Shown here one piece after another: positions 8,819-18,792 of a stretch of DNA of 32,118 nt; positions within the stretch are counted from its first letter, which is position 1, and the number at the start of each line of letters is the position of its first letter. The notes below the pieces were generated by a model, which worked only from the letters and a program-made list of their open reading frames with translations, was not told the DNA's origin and ran no database searches. The stretch spans positions 1 to 32,118 of IMG/VR virus record IMGVR_UViG_3300045284_000308. One strand, 5' to 3'. The position numbers and the translations under genes are program-made. Origin of the DNA: a virus (lineage: Duplodnaviria; Caudoviricetes).

Positions 8819-10116
8819 TGACCGTGATGGGAACGCCGTTCGACCGCGTTGTGTGCCCTACGGCCACGCTCGGTACCGGCAATGTCGTAGTCACCGACCC
8901 CGAGCCGCGGTACATGCGCCCCTACGATGCCGGCGTGCGCGATGGCGATCCGGTCACGCTGCTGCTCGAGGAAGGCAGTGATTTTGAACTATCAGAAGCC
9001 ACGGCCAGTAATTGCACAGCACAGAGTTGCACGTTCGCGCGCAATGCGGTGCGATACTCTTCGATCGGCGGGGTGGTCAGTCAAGCCAAGCTGAGCTTGA
9101 AGGGCGCGGCGCAAGTCTCTGTCGTTGCCGGCGCTGCCGATCTCAACGTGCATCGCGGTGGCACGATCGACGGCAACATCATCCTCAACGGCGATCTCTC
9201 GATCAGCGGCACGCTCACGGGACCGAATCTCCCGGCCGGACCTCCTGGGCCGCAAGGGCCGCAAGGCGACCCGGGGCCGCAGGGTCAGGTTGGCCCGCAA
9301 GGCCCGCAAGGGTTGCAAGGACCGCAGGGCGCCCAGGGTCAGCCAGGTGTAGCCGGACCGCAAGGCGTGCCGGGGGCGGCATCCACCGTTCCCGGTCCAC
9401 AGGGTCCGCCCGGGCCTACGGGGCCCGCTGGTGCGGATTCCACCGTTCCTGGTCCTCAGGGGCCGGCAGGGGCAACTGGCGCACCAGGAGCCACCGGAGC
9501 CCCAGGGGCGACGGGCCCGCAGGGGCCAAAGGGCGACAAGGGCGATGCTGGCAGCGCTGGCACAACGGGCCCGCAAGGCCCGGTTGGACCGGCAGGGCCG
9601 ACTTCCGTCAGCGCCAACGCTGGAAACCTAGCCAAGCTCGGGACCGACAGCCTCATCTACGTTCCGAACACTGGTCCGATCAAAGGCGTGACCGACGGAA
9701 GCGATGCTGCTGCGGGCATGGTGGGCGAGGTTATCTCGTCTACTAATTTTGGCGGAATCGCCTTGACCACGAACGTGTCGATTAACGTCACCTACATAAC
9801 CCTGTCACCTGGCGACTGGAACGTGGGCGGGGTGGTTATCTTTTCGCCGGCCAACACCGGGCCCAATTCCGTCATTGCGGCGCTGAGCCAGACGGCGGCG
9901 ACGTTGCCGTCAGACAACGACGTGGCCACAGGCAAGGCCATCATGCAGCAGATTTGGGCGAGTTCGATGCCTTCGAACAAGACCCAGACAACGCCAACGA
10001 GCCTCATTCGCGTCAACACCAGCACGCCGAAGCCAGTGTATCTGGTGGCGTTCGCGACCTTCGGCGGCGGAACGGTGAGCGTGACCGGCTATATATCTGC
10101 TAGAAGAGTACGATGA
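8818..10116 (+). CDS. Collagen-like fibre protein
   Basis: The N-terminus FDRV...T.GTG...FELSE resembles a fibre attachment domain. 38 Gly-X-Y triplets in three blocks are followed by a beta-rich C-terminal domain ([15 protein letters not shown]...LSPGDWNV...ISARRVR). Confidence 0.8.
   Translation: MTVMGTPFDRVVCPTATLGTGNVVVTDPEPRYMRPYDAGVRDGDPVTLLLEEGSDFELSEATASNCTAQSCTFARNAVRYSSIGGVVSQAKLSLKGAAQVSVVAGAADLNVHRGGTIDGNIILNGDLSISGTLTGPNLPAGPPGPQGPQGDPGPQGQVGPQGPQGLQGPQGAQGQPGVAGPQGVPGAASTVPGPQGPPGPTGPAGADSTVPGPQGPAGATGAPGATGAPGATGPQGPKGDKGDAGSAGTTGPQGPVGPAGPTSVSANAGNLAKLGTDSLIYVPNTGPIKGVTDGSDAAAGMVGEVISSTNFGGIALTTNVSINVTYITLSPGDWNVGGVVIFSPANTGPNSVIAALSQTAATLPSDNDVATGKAIMQQIWASSMPSNKTQTTPTSLIRVNTSTPKPVYLVAFATFGGGTVSVTGYISARRVR
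9238..9603 (+). repeat. Collagen-like Gly-Pro-X repeat (16+5+17 triplets, interrupted twice by STVP)
   Basis: Read directly from the translation. Confidence 0.95.
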
Positions 10117-10124
10117 GGTAGGCC

Positions 10125-10649
10125 ATGCAATTGCTGCCAATTGTAAAGCGGGTAAGCGGGAACAACTGGCATCCCGGAACTCTTGTTTTTAGAACCGTTG
10201 CTCATGCCCAGGTGGACGATAAGCACTTCGGGTACTTGAGCCAGTTTTGTTGGACATTCATTGGCGAGGGCTATCCGCGCAGGCGAGAAAGAGATCGGTC
10301 AATCTATCTTCATCACGAAGTGTGGAGACTGGAGGGGTTACTTCCGGTGAAGCGATTGGATCATATCGACACCAATGTGCGAAATGCACAGTTGATTAAT
10401 CTCAGGCCAGCTACCCAGTCCGAGAATGTTGCAAATTCAAATCTGCGCAAAGGCTCAATGACTGGATTGAAGGGAGTCAGTTGGTACAAGGACAGAAGCA
10501 AATACGTGGCACGGATCAAGTTTCAAGGAGAGACCGTTCGTCTTGGCGGATTTACCACCGCGGTCGAGGCTGCAAAGGCATATGACATTGCTGCTCTTAA
10601 ATACTTCGGACCATTTGCTTTGACCAATGAATCCTTGGGGCTCTTGTAA
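10125..10649 (+). CDS. HNH-AP2 free-standing homing endonuclease
   Basis: LHHEV...LDHIDTNVRN..INLRPATQSEN (HNH) plus G.KGVSW.K..KYVARI...LG.F.T..EAAKAYD.AA.K.FG (AP2). Visibly lower GC than the flanking genes. Confidence 0.92.
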   Translation: MQLLPIVKRVSGNNWHPGTLVFRTVAHAQVDDKHFGYLSQFCWTFIGEGYPRRRERDRSIYLHHEVWRLEGLLPVKRLDHIDTNVRNAQLINLRPATQSENVANSNLRKGSMTGLKGVSWYKDRSKYVARIKFQGETVRLGGFTTAVEAAKAYDIAALKYFGPFALTNESLGLL

Positions 10650-10679
10650 TGAACATCCTTGCTCGCCGAGTCCGATGAT

Positions 10680-11123
10680 ATGACCGACGTCCGCGAGGCT
10701 ATCCTCGATCGCCTGCTCGAGGTGGTCGCAGGCATTCCGAATATTCGCTGGGCGCAACGCAACAATACCGACGTTCCGCCCGACCAGTTTCCGGCCGGCA
10801 TTGTCTTCGATGCTGACGAGCAAAGTAACGGCGCGGACGACATAACGTCGGGGCGGCCGGCAAAGCGGTCGTACATTACGCAGATGACGCCGCACATCGT
10901 CATCATTGAGCAGGCAAACGCAGCAGGGACAGAACTATCCGTATTCCGACGAGAGGTGATCAAGCGCGTGGTGAACGACGCCACGATTACAGCGCTCGTC
11001 GGGACGAATGGGGCCGTCCGCTATCTCGGTGATCAGACTGACTTCGGCTGGGGCCGGTCGCTGCAAGGTGCGCTGGTCGTTGACTTCGTCTTCAAATATT
11101 CACTCAAGATAGAGGAGCTATAA
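10680..11123 (+). CDS. Probable tail terminator (lambda gpU-like)
   Basis: MTDVREAIL..L N-terminus and FPA.IVFD motif. About 147 aa, immediately before the tail tube gene. Confidence 0.6.
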   Translation: MTDVREAILDRLLEVVAGIPNIRWAQRNNTDVPPDQFPAGIVFDADEQSNGADDITSGRPAKRSYITQMTPHIVIIEQANAAGTELSVFRREVIKRVVNDATITALVGTNGAVRYLGDQTDFGWGRSLQGALVVDFVFKYSLKIEEL

Positions 11124-11128
11124 AGGCC

Positions 11129-11689
11129 ATGCCCGTGTCACCGAGTATTCAAAACTATCACATCGGCAAAGGTATCGTATCGTTCAAGGAGGATGGCGCC
11201 ACCGCCTTCCTCGATCTCGGCAACGCACCGTCGTTCATATGGACGCCGACGATCGCAAAGAAAGAGCACTTTTCGAGCAGAGAAGGGATCAAAGTCAAAG
11301 ACTTCACCGCAATCACTCAAGTCGGCGCGACAATCAAGATGACGCTCGACGAAATCAACGCGCCGAATTTGGGCATATTTACTCTGGGCGAAGTCGGGGC
11401 TCCCGACGTTGACGGTAGCGTTGCTGTATCTGCTTTCAAAAAGACCGAGATCGCCGGGATCATCAAAGTCGAGGGCACCAACGATGTCGGCCAGCACGTC
11501 GACTTCACCGGCCGCATCTCGGTTAATCCGAGCGGCGATTTCAAGCTCATCACCGACAGCGACGACTTCACGACATTGGAGATCGAGGCCGAGGTGCAGA
11601 AGGATGACACCACCGGAGACTTCGGCGTGTTCACCGTCCACGAGCCGGCGGGCGGCCTAACCACCCATAAGGTGCGGGCGCCTGCTTGA
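11129..11689 (+). CDS. Major tail tube protein
   Basis: NYHIGKG.V.F, DLGNAP.F, EHFSSR.G and TLDEIN..NL motifs. Position before the chaperone and tape measure genes. Confidence 0.8.
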   Translation: MPVSPSIQNYHIGKGIVSFKEDGATAFLDLGNAPSFIWTPTIAKKEHFSSREGIKVKDFTAITQVGATIKMTLDEINAPNLGIFTLGEVGAPDVDGSVAVSAFKKTEIAGIIKVEGTNDVGQHVDFTGRISVNPSGDFKLITDSDDFTTLEIEAEVQKDDTTGDFGVFTVHEPAGGLTTHKVRAPA

Positions 11690-11701
11690 AGGAGCTGATA
11701 T

Positions 11702-12172
11702 ATGGCCGACTTGTTGGATATTGCGCCATCGACCGCAAGTGCGGTTGTCAGGATTCAAGGCCAGCGGCTGGTTGTGCGCGGATTGAATGCGTCGGCAACG
11801 GCGCTGCTGGCATCGCGATTTCCAGAGCTGAGAAAGGTGTTCAGCGGTGGCTCCAATGACATCGTCGGACTGCTGATCGAGTTATGCGGATCGTCTATCG
11901 GCCCGATCATCGCCGCCGGCTGCGGTCATCTCGGTGATGAAAAATACGAACAGCAAGCCAGCGGGCTGCTGTTGGAAGAACAGGTGGAGTTGTTGACGGC
12001 AATTCTGGGACTCATGTTCCCAAACGGAGTCGGCTCTTTCGTGGAGAAGGTGACCACGCTCATGGGCGGCGGGGCGGGCGAAAGAGCAAAGACAGTCAAA
12101 ATGCGCTTGAGGAAATCGCCATTAACATCACAGCCCTCATCCGCCGAGGATTCCCGCCAGACTTTGCAATGA
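11702..12172 (+). CDS. Tail assembly chaperone (gpG-like)
   Basis: RBS AAGGAG. Lies between the tail tube and tape measure genes and contains the in-frame slippery heptamer C CCA AAC at 12019-12025. Confidence 0.8.
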   Translation: MADLLDIAPSTASAVVRIQGQRLVVRGLNASATALLASRFPELRKVFSGGSNDIVGLLIELCGSSIGPIIAAGCGHLGDEKYEQQASGLLLEEQVELLTAILGLMFPNGVGSFVEKVTTLMGGGAGERAKTVKMRLRKSPLTSQPSSAEDSRQTLQ

Positions 12173-12321
12173 TGCTGACCCCTCGTCAGATCGATGCTTA
12201 CCTTGAGTTCAGCGATAAGCTCGACCGCATTGAGCGGGCAAATAATCTGCAGATCATCGCCATCGGCGCGCAGGGCAACAAGGAAGCAATCGAGAAGAGG
12301 CTTAAGGAGTTGGGCGGGTGA
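12019..12321 (+). CDS. -1 frameshift extension of the tail chaperone (gpGT-like)
   Basis: The -1 frame is open from CCCAAAC to TGA 12319-12321 and encodes ...EEIAINITALIRRGFPPDFAMMLTPRQIDAYLEF...KELGG. An alternative ATG at 12169 overlaps the gpG stop. Confidence 0.7.
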   Translation, partial: PKRSRLFRGEGDHAHGRRGGRKSKDSQNALEEIAINITALIRRGFPPDFAMMLTPRQIDAYLEFSDKLDRIERANNLQIIAIGAQGNKEAIEKRLKELGG

Positions 12322-12328
12322 GCTTCCA

Positions 12329-12853
12329 TCAAAGTTTCCCCGCTTCAATTGTTGCATTGCGAACGCTTTGGGACGCAACATCGACTGTGCAGCTATATTT
12401 GATGGGCATCCAATTACCGAGACCGTTTTTGGCCTCGGCCTCGTCGCCGAGTAGACGGATGGTTCCGTCTTCGGCAACACGAGAACTAAATCGCGTATAA
12501 CTCAAGAGGAATGCAGCATTTTGACCAGAGTTCTTGCCCCAAAAAATACCGGGCGCCCGAATTTCATATTTTATGAGCCGATAGAGTTCTTTGCCGCACT
12601 CATAGCTCATCTTTCTTTCGATGTAGCGGAAATATTCTTGGCCGACATCCTCGCCGATCTTAGGGGTTGGCGGCAGTTGTGGTGGCTGTGGTGGTTGCGT
12701 GGAATCGACGTTCGTTTTCTTGCTTTGCAGGAGGCGCTGGCGGACCTCGGCCGTGAAGGCCGCATCCGGAGACGGCATCTTTTGCTGTGCGGCTGCGACA
12801 AGCGGCGCGAATATTCCGCCGACGACAATGCTAACTGCGAGCATCTTTCTCAT
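12329..12853 (-). CDS. Exported hypothetical protein (moron, antisense to the tail operon)
   Basis: RBS AGGAG, signal peptide MRKMLAVSIVVGGIFAPLVAAA, Pro/Gln linker and two Cys residues. Confidence 0.7.
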   Translation of the reverse strand: MRKMLAVSIVVGGIFAPLVAAAQQKMPSPDAAFTAEVRQRLLQSKKTNVDSTQPPQPPQLPPTPKIGEDVGQEYFRYIERKMSYECGKELYRLIKYEIRAPGIFWGKNSGQNAAFLLSYTRFSSRVAEDGTIRLLGDEAEAKNGLGNWMPIKYSCTVDVASQSVRNATIEAGKL

Positions 12854-12972
12854 TGTGCTCCTGCCTCTAATTGGTTTTGTCTTTCAGCAGATTTGCGCAG
12901 GTGCCCGGGGCCGGCGCAAAGGGAAAGAGTTGGCATTTCCCGCCAAAAGTTGTTTTTTGGCGCCAATCTGAC

Positions 12973-13515
12973 ATGAAGCTCATTTTCTCGGCGCAGGAAG
13001 CGGTCCTCGACCGGCTCATGAAGGAGATCGCGCGGGACATCGACGAGGCCAGGGCGGGCGCGGTAAAGGACGCTGCTGCATTTGCGGTGGCGCAGGGCCG
13101 GGCCAATATCGCGGCGGCCGGGTTCCCGGCACGTTGGCGAACAGCGCTGCAGTCGAGATTTTTCCCAAATAAGGGCGGCGATCCGGCGGCGCTGATCTTT
13201 GATACCATCCCGTTCGCGGGCGTGTTCGAGCGCGGGGTCACGATCCGGGGTCGGCCGCTGTTGTGGTTGCCGCTGGAGCGGAATCTGCCCGCAGTCATCC
13301 GCTCACCGCGCCAATACGGCCGCAAGCTGGTTTCGGTAAATGTCGCTGGGAAGCCGCCGCTGTTGTTCGATGCCGGCAACCGAAGTCTCGGGCCGCTGTT
13401 CGTCGGTGTGCCGCAAGTCACCATCCGCAAGCGATTGGATTTGTATTCTATCTTCGCACTGGCTGCAGGGCGCATGACTGAGTTCTATGAACAGCGGATC
13501 AAGGGCAGGGGCTGA
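12973..13515 (+). CDS. Probable neck / tail-completion protein (DUF6441 / HK97 gp10-like)
   Basis: Basic protein with R..IAAAG...W, FERG.TIRG..LLWLPL and VPQVTIRKRLD motifs seen in alphaproteobacterial phage tail modules. Confidence 0.6.
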   Translation: MKLIFSAQEAVLDRLMKEIARDIDEARAGAVKDAAAFAVAQGRANIAAAGFPARWRTALQSRFFPNKGGDPAALIFDTIPFAGVFERGVTIRGRPLLWLPLERNLPAVIRSPRQYGRKLVSVNVAGKPPLLFDAGNRSLGPLFVGVPQVTIRKRLDLYSIFALAAGRMTEFYEQRIKGRG

Positions 13516-13521
13516 CCGTCG

Positions 13522-16413
13522 ATGGCCAACACGATAAGCCAGCGCATCAGCCTTGAGGGCTCGGAGGACATCCGCAAGAAGCTGGAAGATCTCGGCAAGG
13601 CCGGCGAGAAGTCGTTCAAGCAGATCAGCGACGCCGCTTCGAATGTTAAGGTTGATCCGGCACGAGTAGACCAAACCAAGCAGGCATTCGATCGCCTCGG
13701 TGCCGCAGGCGCGCAACTGGGAGATCAATTCAAGGGGCTGGCCGAAAGCGTCGTCTCGTTCGGAAGCCGCGGTGTAAAGTCGGCCCTCGATGTCGCGTCC
13801 GGATTGCAGCAAACCGCGGCCGCAGCGGAACAGGTCGGGAGTGCAATCGGGCAGGCCTCGCAACAGATCGCGGTTTCCGGCCAGTCGGCCAGTCAGCGAC
13901 TTATTTCAACCGCCACCGCGTTCAAGATTGCTGCCGCCGGCATTGTTGGCGCCATCGCTGCCATCACCAACGCTCTAACCAAGGGCGCGGTAGAAACCGG
14001 GTCCACTATCGCCGACCAAGCCGAGAAATTGAAGATACCCACTGAGCAGTGGGTAGAGCTGCGCAAAGCCATTGCTGGCTCGGGTGTATCCAACGAAGAT
14101 TTTGTAAAATCAGCAGACACGGCCAATAAGCAACTCGACAAGATGCGGGATGAGCTCAAGGGAGTATTCCAGGAATTCGATTTCGGTGGGAACAAAGTCA
14201 CTGTCGTCAGCGGTTCACTATCGAAGGCAACCGGCGACTTGGCGAAGCTGTTTCGTGACCTCGGCCTCAACATCAATTCACTCCGAACTGGTGATAACGC
14301 CGCCGTACTGCGCGAGCTTGCGACGGCCATTAGCCGGATGCCGGATGCCACGAAGCAGGCCGCAGCAGGCGTGAAATTATTTGGCGAGAACTGGAAGGAA
14401 GTGATCAAAGTCCTGGCTACTGCGCCGGGTGCGATTACCGACCCGCTCAAGGCCTCGCGCGAGTTGACGGCAGAGCAGGTAGACACGGCAAAAAAAGTCA
14501 AGGAAGCGTGGGATGATCTTGGCAAGGCCGTCCGCGCCACCAGAGATCAGATCGGCGCGCTGTTTCTGGGTGGTGCATTGGGTCGAGCTGAATGGCTGAC
14601 AAACCTGGTCGACGGCACACGGGAGTTGCTGAAAAACTGGCTCGGGTTGTCCGAGGTAGAGAAAGGGGGATTCCTCGAAAACCTTGCCAGCGGTCCGGCG
14701 GAAACCGCGTTCAAGGTTTTGGTCGCGCTCGGCAACCAGTTGGCCGGGATTTGGCGCGACGTCCTGGTCCCGGCTGGTGAAATGATTGCGGGAATTATCG
14801 GGCAGATCGCCGACAATCTTGAGGGAGTAAAATCAACCGACATAGCGGCATTTTTCATAACTGCGGCGATTGCCGCCACCGGGTTGGCGATCGCGCTCAA
14901 GGGCATCCAAGTGGTGCTGACACCATTCTCGCTGTTGATTTCGTTGTTCTCCGGGTTCGGGCCCATCTTGATTCCGCTCATCGCTCTGGTGGCGCTGTTC
15001 TGGGATCAGATCAAGGAGGGCGCCACCAAGGCGATGGACTTGATCCCAAATGCAATATTGGGATTCAAGCAGGCGTTTGCGGCGCTGTTTGCGGGCGACT
15101 TTCAATCATTCTGGGGGCTGTTCGCGGCTTCGGCCGATGTCGCGTTCCGCACTATCAAGCAGTCTATTTTGCAGTCTGAAGGAGTACTTGGCGACTTCAT
15201 GCGGGCGATCACCGGAGAGGGCGCGGTACAGACTCCTTGGGTGAAAGAGTTTGTTGACTCCATCAAGGAGATTGCCAAGGAATTGCCGGCGGCGATTGGC
15301 GTGATCATTATTGCTTTTCTCGCCCTGCGCCGTGCCGGTGTAGCTCTCGCGCCGATCATGTCTCGCATATTCGGGACGGAGATCTCTGGTACGGGAGCGA
15401 TCCTGTTGACACTCATCGGATCGATGACGGGAGCACTGCAGGCGTTGGCGTCGGTGGCTACGGTCGTGGCGTCGGCATTCACTGCCTTCGGAGTTTCCTT
15501 CGGTATCTTGGCCACAATCGTCGGCGGCCCATGGGCCTTGGTGATTGTGGCAGCACTTGCGGCGATTGCTGCGGCATTGGCTGCGCTCATCATCTATTGG
15601 CCGGAAATAAAACAGGCTGCGATAGATGCAAGCAACGCCATTGAAGCAAAGTACAGGGCACTCAAGGCCTTCATTGATGAGTGGGTCACGACGCCGGTTG
15701 CGAACGCCTGGGGCTGGATCAAGGACACATGGAACGGTCTCATTGCGTGGGTCAACCAAAAGGTCGCCGAGGGGAAGGCCTTCATTAATGAGTGGGTCAC
15801 GACGCCCGTCGAGAATGCCTGGGGCTGGATCAATCAAAAATGGGATGAGATTATCGGCTACATCGGCACCAAGGTCGAGCAGGGCAAGCAGTTGGTTCGT
15901 GACTGGGTTACGACGCCCGTCGCGAACGCCTGGGGCTGGATCAAACAAAAATGGAATGAAATGCTGGCCTCGTTGGGCTTCGGCGGCGGCACACCCGCGC
16001 CTGCGGACGGCAACATTTCTGGCAATGCCCGCGGCGGTCTGATCGGCGGGCGGGGCACCGGGACATCCGACTCGAACCTGTCCTGGGTATCGCGCGGGGA
16101 ACACATCATGCCGGCGCATGCGGTGGCGCAGCCGGGCGTGTTGGCGTTTCTGGAATCGCTGCGACACTCGGGCGGCAACCTGCGCGCTGTGCTCGACGGC
16201 ATGGGCCGCTTCGCGCTCGGTGGCATGGTGCGCGCGCCAATCTCGATTCCCGCTTTTGCCGGTGGCGGCATGAACCATGTCACCATCAACTTCCCAGGGT
16301 TGCCCGAGATCACCGGCCTGCGCGCCTCATCGGGAGTGGTCGATGAATTGCGCAGGGCCGCTGCACTGTCACAGGTCCGAAGCGGCGGAAGAAAACCAAG
16401 TCGGTATAGCTGA
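13522..16413 (+). CDS. Tape measure protein
   Basis: 963 aa, Ala-rich and helical, with hydrophobic central segments, Trp-periodic repeats and the C-terminal motif ARGGLI.G.GTGTSDS...SRGEH.M.A.AV. Confidence 0.93.
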   Translation: MANTISQRISLEGSEDIRKKLEDLGKAGEKSFKQISDAASNVKVDPARVDQTKQAFDRLGAAGAQLGDQFKGLAESVVSFGSRGVKSALDVASGLQQTAAAAEQVGSAIGQASQQIAVSGQSASQRLISTATAFKIAAAGIVGAIAAITNALTKGAVETGSTIADQAEKLKIPTEQWVELRKAIAGSGVSNEDFVKSADTANKQLDKMRDELKGVFQEFDFGGNKVTVVSGSLSKATGDLAKLFRDLGLNINSLRTGDNAAVLRELATAISRMPDATKQAAAGVKLFGENWKEVIKVLATAPGAITDPLKASRELTAEQVDTAKKVKEAWDDLGKAVRATRDQIGALFLGGALGRAEWLTNLVDGTRELLKNWLGLSEVEKGGFLENLASGPAETAFKVLVALGNQLAGIWRDVLVPAGEMIAGIIGQIADNLEGVKSTDIAAFFITAAIAATGLAIALKGIQVVLTPFSLLISLFSGFGPILIPLIALVALFWDQIKEGATKAMDLIPNAILGFKQAFAALFAGDFQSFWGLFAASADVAFRTIKQSILQSEGVLGDFMRAITGEGAVQTPWVKEFVDSIKEIAKELPAAIGVIIIAFLALRRAGVALAPIMSRIFGTEISGTGAILLTLIGSMTGALQALASVATVVASAFTAFGVSFGILATIVGGPWALVIVAALAAIAAALAALIIYWPEIKQAAIDASNAIEAKYRALKAFIDEWVTTPVANAWGWIKDTWNGLIAWVNQKVAEGKAFINEWVTTPVENAWGWINQKWDEIIGYIGTKVEQGKQLVRDWVTTPVANAWGWIKQKWNEMLASLGFGGGTPAPADGNISGNARGGLIGGRGTGTSDSNLSWVSRGEHIMPAHAVAQPGVLAFLESLRHSGGNLRAVLDGMGRFALGGMVRAPISIPAFAGGGMNHVTINFPGLPEITGLRASSGVVDELRRAAALSQVRSGGRKPSRYS
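15670..15960 (+). repeat. Three 111-nt (37-aa) repeats within the tape measure gene
   Basis: (E/D)WVTTPV(A/E)NAWGWI begins at 15679, 15790 and 15901. Confidence 0.9.
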
Positions 16414-16414
16414 A

Positions 16415-16798
16415 ATGCCTGCCTATACGTTGCTCGCGATCGACGGCATCGACTTTTCTCAGTACGCCGTGCGCGGGATCACCATGACGCTCGCGCCGAT
16501 CGACCAAGCAGCGGCTTTGGCGCGCGATTGCCGCGGCGAACTCGCTGATATCTCGCTTGCACAGTTCCGACAATACAAGGTCAGCATCACCTGCACCGAC
16601 CATGAAGCCCCCGAGCTGACCGATGCGTGGCCAGGCACGGACATCACTATTACCTGTATTCCTGGCCTCGGTGCTGCCAACACGACCGGCGACGTGTTGA
16701 CCATTCTCGCCAAGGTGACGGCTTGGAATACATCGCGCGACGAGTGGGCGGCCGAGGTTGCGTGGACGCTTGAGGCACAGCAAAGGGTTATCGCCTAA
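16415..16798 (+). CDS. Probable distal tail protein
   Basis: Small beta-rich protein directly after the tape measure gene, with ATG at 16415. Its stop overlaps the next start (TAATG). Confidence 0.6.
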   Translation: MPAYTLLAIDGIDFSQYAVRGITMTLAPIDQAAALARDCRGELADISLAQFRQYKVSITCTDHEAPELTDAWPGTDITITCIPGLGAANTTGDVLTILAKVTAWNTSRDEWAAEVAWTLEAQQRVIA

Positions 16799-18792
16799 TG
16801 CCCGCCGGCATGCCGTACTTTGCCTGGATCGATCCTGGCGAGGACGTCTTCGGGCCAGGGCACATGCGTTGGGATGAGAACATCTTTTCATTCACGTTGA
16901 AGCAGGACGAGGGCGACCCGGCGAGCCTGACTGCGGTTGTCCGCCGACCGCGCAACGTGGATGGCGATCCGATCGGTCTGCTCGGGCCGGGCCGCAAGAT
17001 TTGGTGCTGGTTTGCTTTAGACTGCGGGCCGGACCTTATCCGCTTTCGTGGCCGCCTGGTCGGCGTGCCCACGAGCTTATTCGAGGAACTGGTGACACTC
17101 GAATTCGTGGCCCGGCCGATTGATCTCGTGGCGCAGAAAGCAGATTTGGCCGACACGTTGCGGGTGCTGCCGTATTACGACGAGGTGGTCATCGACGAGG
17201 CGCGGCGCACCGATCCGGAGGTCGTGCTCGAGGGCTATAGCGCGATCTGGCACTACGATCGCGAGACCCACGTCCTCAGCATCTCGGACGAAATCGACGG
17301 CGAAGACGGACTCGTCGAGTTCGACGGCGCCAGCGATGGCGGCAAGGTGCTCTATGACGGGCTCGGGCTTACGTTGACCAGCGGGCCGCTGTCGCGGGTC
17401 GATGTTACTGCCGAATACACCTGGACCCAACAAGCACGCGGGACGACCGATCTCACTCCAATCATTCTTGCCGGCTGGCCGAACGGCGTCATCACCTCAT
17501 ATTCTTTCACCGCCGACAATTGGCCGAAGGCGGGAGCAGGCATTGGCGATGGATGGGTCGTCACCGATTCAAGCGCGACGGCGCTTTACGATCTCACCGT
17601 TCACACCAAGACCGATGGCTCGACGCTTAAGGTAGATTTCGGCGATTCGAGTTTCAACACGACGTTCACCGAGACGAAATCTTTTTTGACTCCAGGCCCT
17701 CCGGCTGGCTCGATCAATCTCGGCACAGTCCTACTTAAGGACGACATCAAGGTCACCTATGGCGGCGGCGGCGAGGAGGCGATCAGAGCGACGTCTTACA
17801 GCCGTTCCTATTCAGACGTCAGCTCGTTCCTGCCGCTCAATTACACCAGAGCCACGCTGAGTGCTGCATACACGGCCAATCGGCAATGCACCGAACAGGT
17901 TTTGTTTTCCCTCTATGCCGACGTGCAGTCCATCCTCACCGATCCCGAGGATGGCGAGGCGTTGAGCATCACCGATATCAAATCTGTCAACTTGAGCGAA
18001 GCGATCGGTGAGGGCGCCGATGCTTATGTGCCGATCGGCAACACGGCGCGCCGGTCCTACATCGCGACCGAGCGCGGCAATCGCAGCCTCGAACACTTGA
18101 TCGCGGTTGCCCGAGCCAACATATTCAAACGCGCGCGGGTGGTCGAAATCGCGTTTGCACCCAAGCTCGAGCGCATGCCTGAAATCACCCTGCGCAAGAA
18201 CGGGTTCCTCGTCGAGCCGCGCGTCGGCGAGGCACTCGGCAAGATCATCGGGTATTCGCTGGCGCTTGATGGCAATGACGGTCAGATCAAATGCGAAATA
18301 CGCATTGGTTGCACCATCGGTCGCGGCGGCTCGGCGGTGGCATCCGGCGGGGAACCGACCTATTGCGACGTCGACTATTGCGGCGCCGATTATCAGGTCT
18401 TTACCGGGCGCATCGTCTTGTTCGACAGCTCGGTCGGCTATGCGCCGCCGGCATCGGACCCAAATGATGATGGTCTCGAATTGACTGGTGGTGGGCTGAC
18501 TGCAGGGCCTCATTTGCTTGCGACGCCGGTTGGCATCGAGAACCCGCCGGACGTCCAGCGGGCCCACATCATGAGCAATTTGGTGCCAAGTTCGCCGAAG
18601 CCGTCGAGCAGTGACGACGCTCGGCAAGCTATCGTCGCGGCGCGTGCTGAAGCGGTCAACAACGCGCTGGCCGAAGTCGAGACCAAGATCACATTCAAGC
18701 TCAAAAGCATGACTGGCGATTTCACCACCGAGTATGTGGTGCAGGTCACTGATGTGAAAGTGCCAGTCGGCTATGATCTTGAGGCAGCATGA
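16798..18792 (+). CDS. Tail-tip / baseplate hub protein
   Basis: 664 aa and beta-rich, with RFRGRLVG...VTLEF.ARP. Position after the Dit-like gene. Confidence 0.65.
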   Translation: MPAGMPYFAWIDPGEDVFGPGHMRWDENIFSFTLKQDEGDPASLTAVVRRPRNVDGDPIGLLGPGRKIWCWFALDCGPDLIRFRGRLVGVPTSLFEELVTLEFVARPIDLVAQKADLADTLRVLPYYDEVVIDEARRTDPEVVLEGYSAIWHYDRETHVLSISDEIDGEDGLVEFDGASDGGKVLYDGLGLTLTSGPLSRVDVTAEYTWTQQARGTTDLTPIILAGWPNGVITSYSFTADNWPKAGAGIGDGWVVTDSSATALYDLTVHTKTDGSTLKVDFGDSSFNTTFTETKSFLTPGPPAGSINLGTVLLKDDIKVTYGGGGEEAIRATSYSRSYSDVSSFLPLNYTRATLSAAYTANRQCTEQVLFSLYADVQSILTDPEDGEALSITDIKSVNLSEAIGEGADAYVPIGNTARRSYIATERGNRSLEHLIAVARANIFKRARVVEIAFAPKLERMPEITLRKNGFLVEPRVGEALGKIIGYSLALDGNDGQIKCEIRIGCTIGRGGSAVASGGEPTYCDVDYCGADYQVFTGRIVLFDSSVGYAPPASDPNDDGLELTGGGLTAGPHLLATPVGIENPPDVQRAHIMSNLVPSSPKPSSSDDARQAIVAARAEAVNNALAEVETKITFKLKSMTGDFTTEYVVQVTDVKVPVGYDLEAA

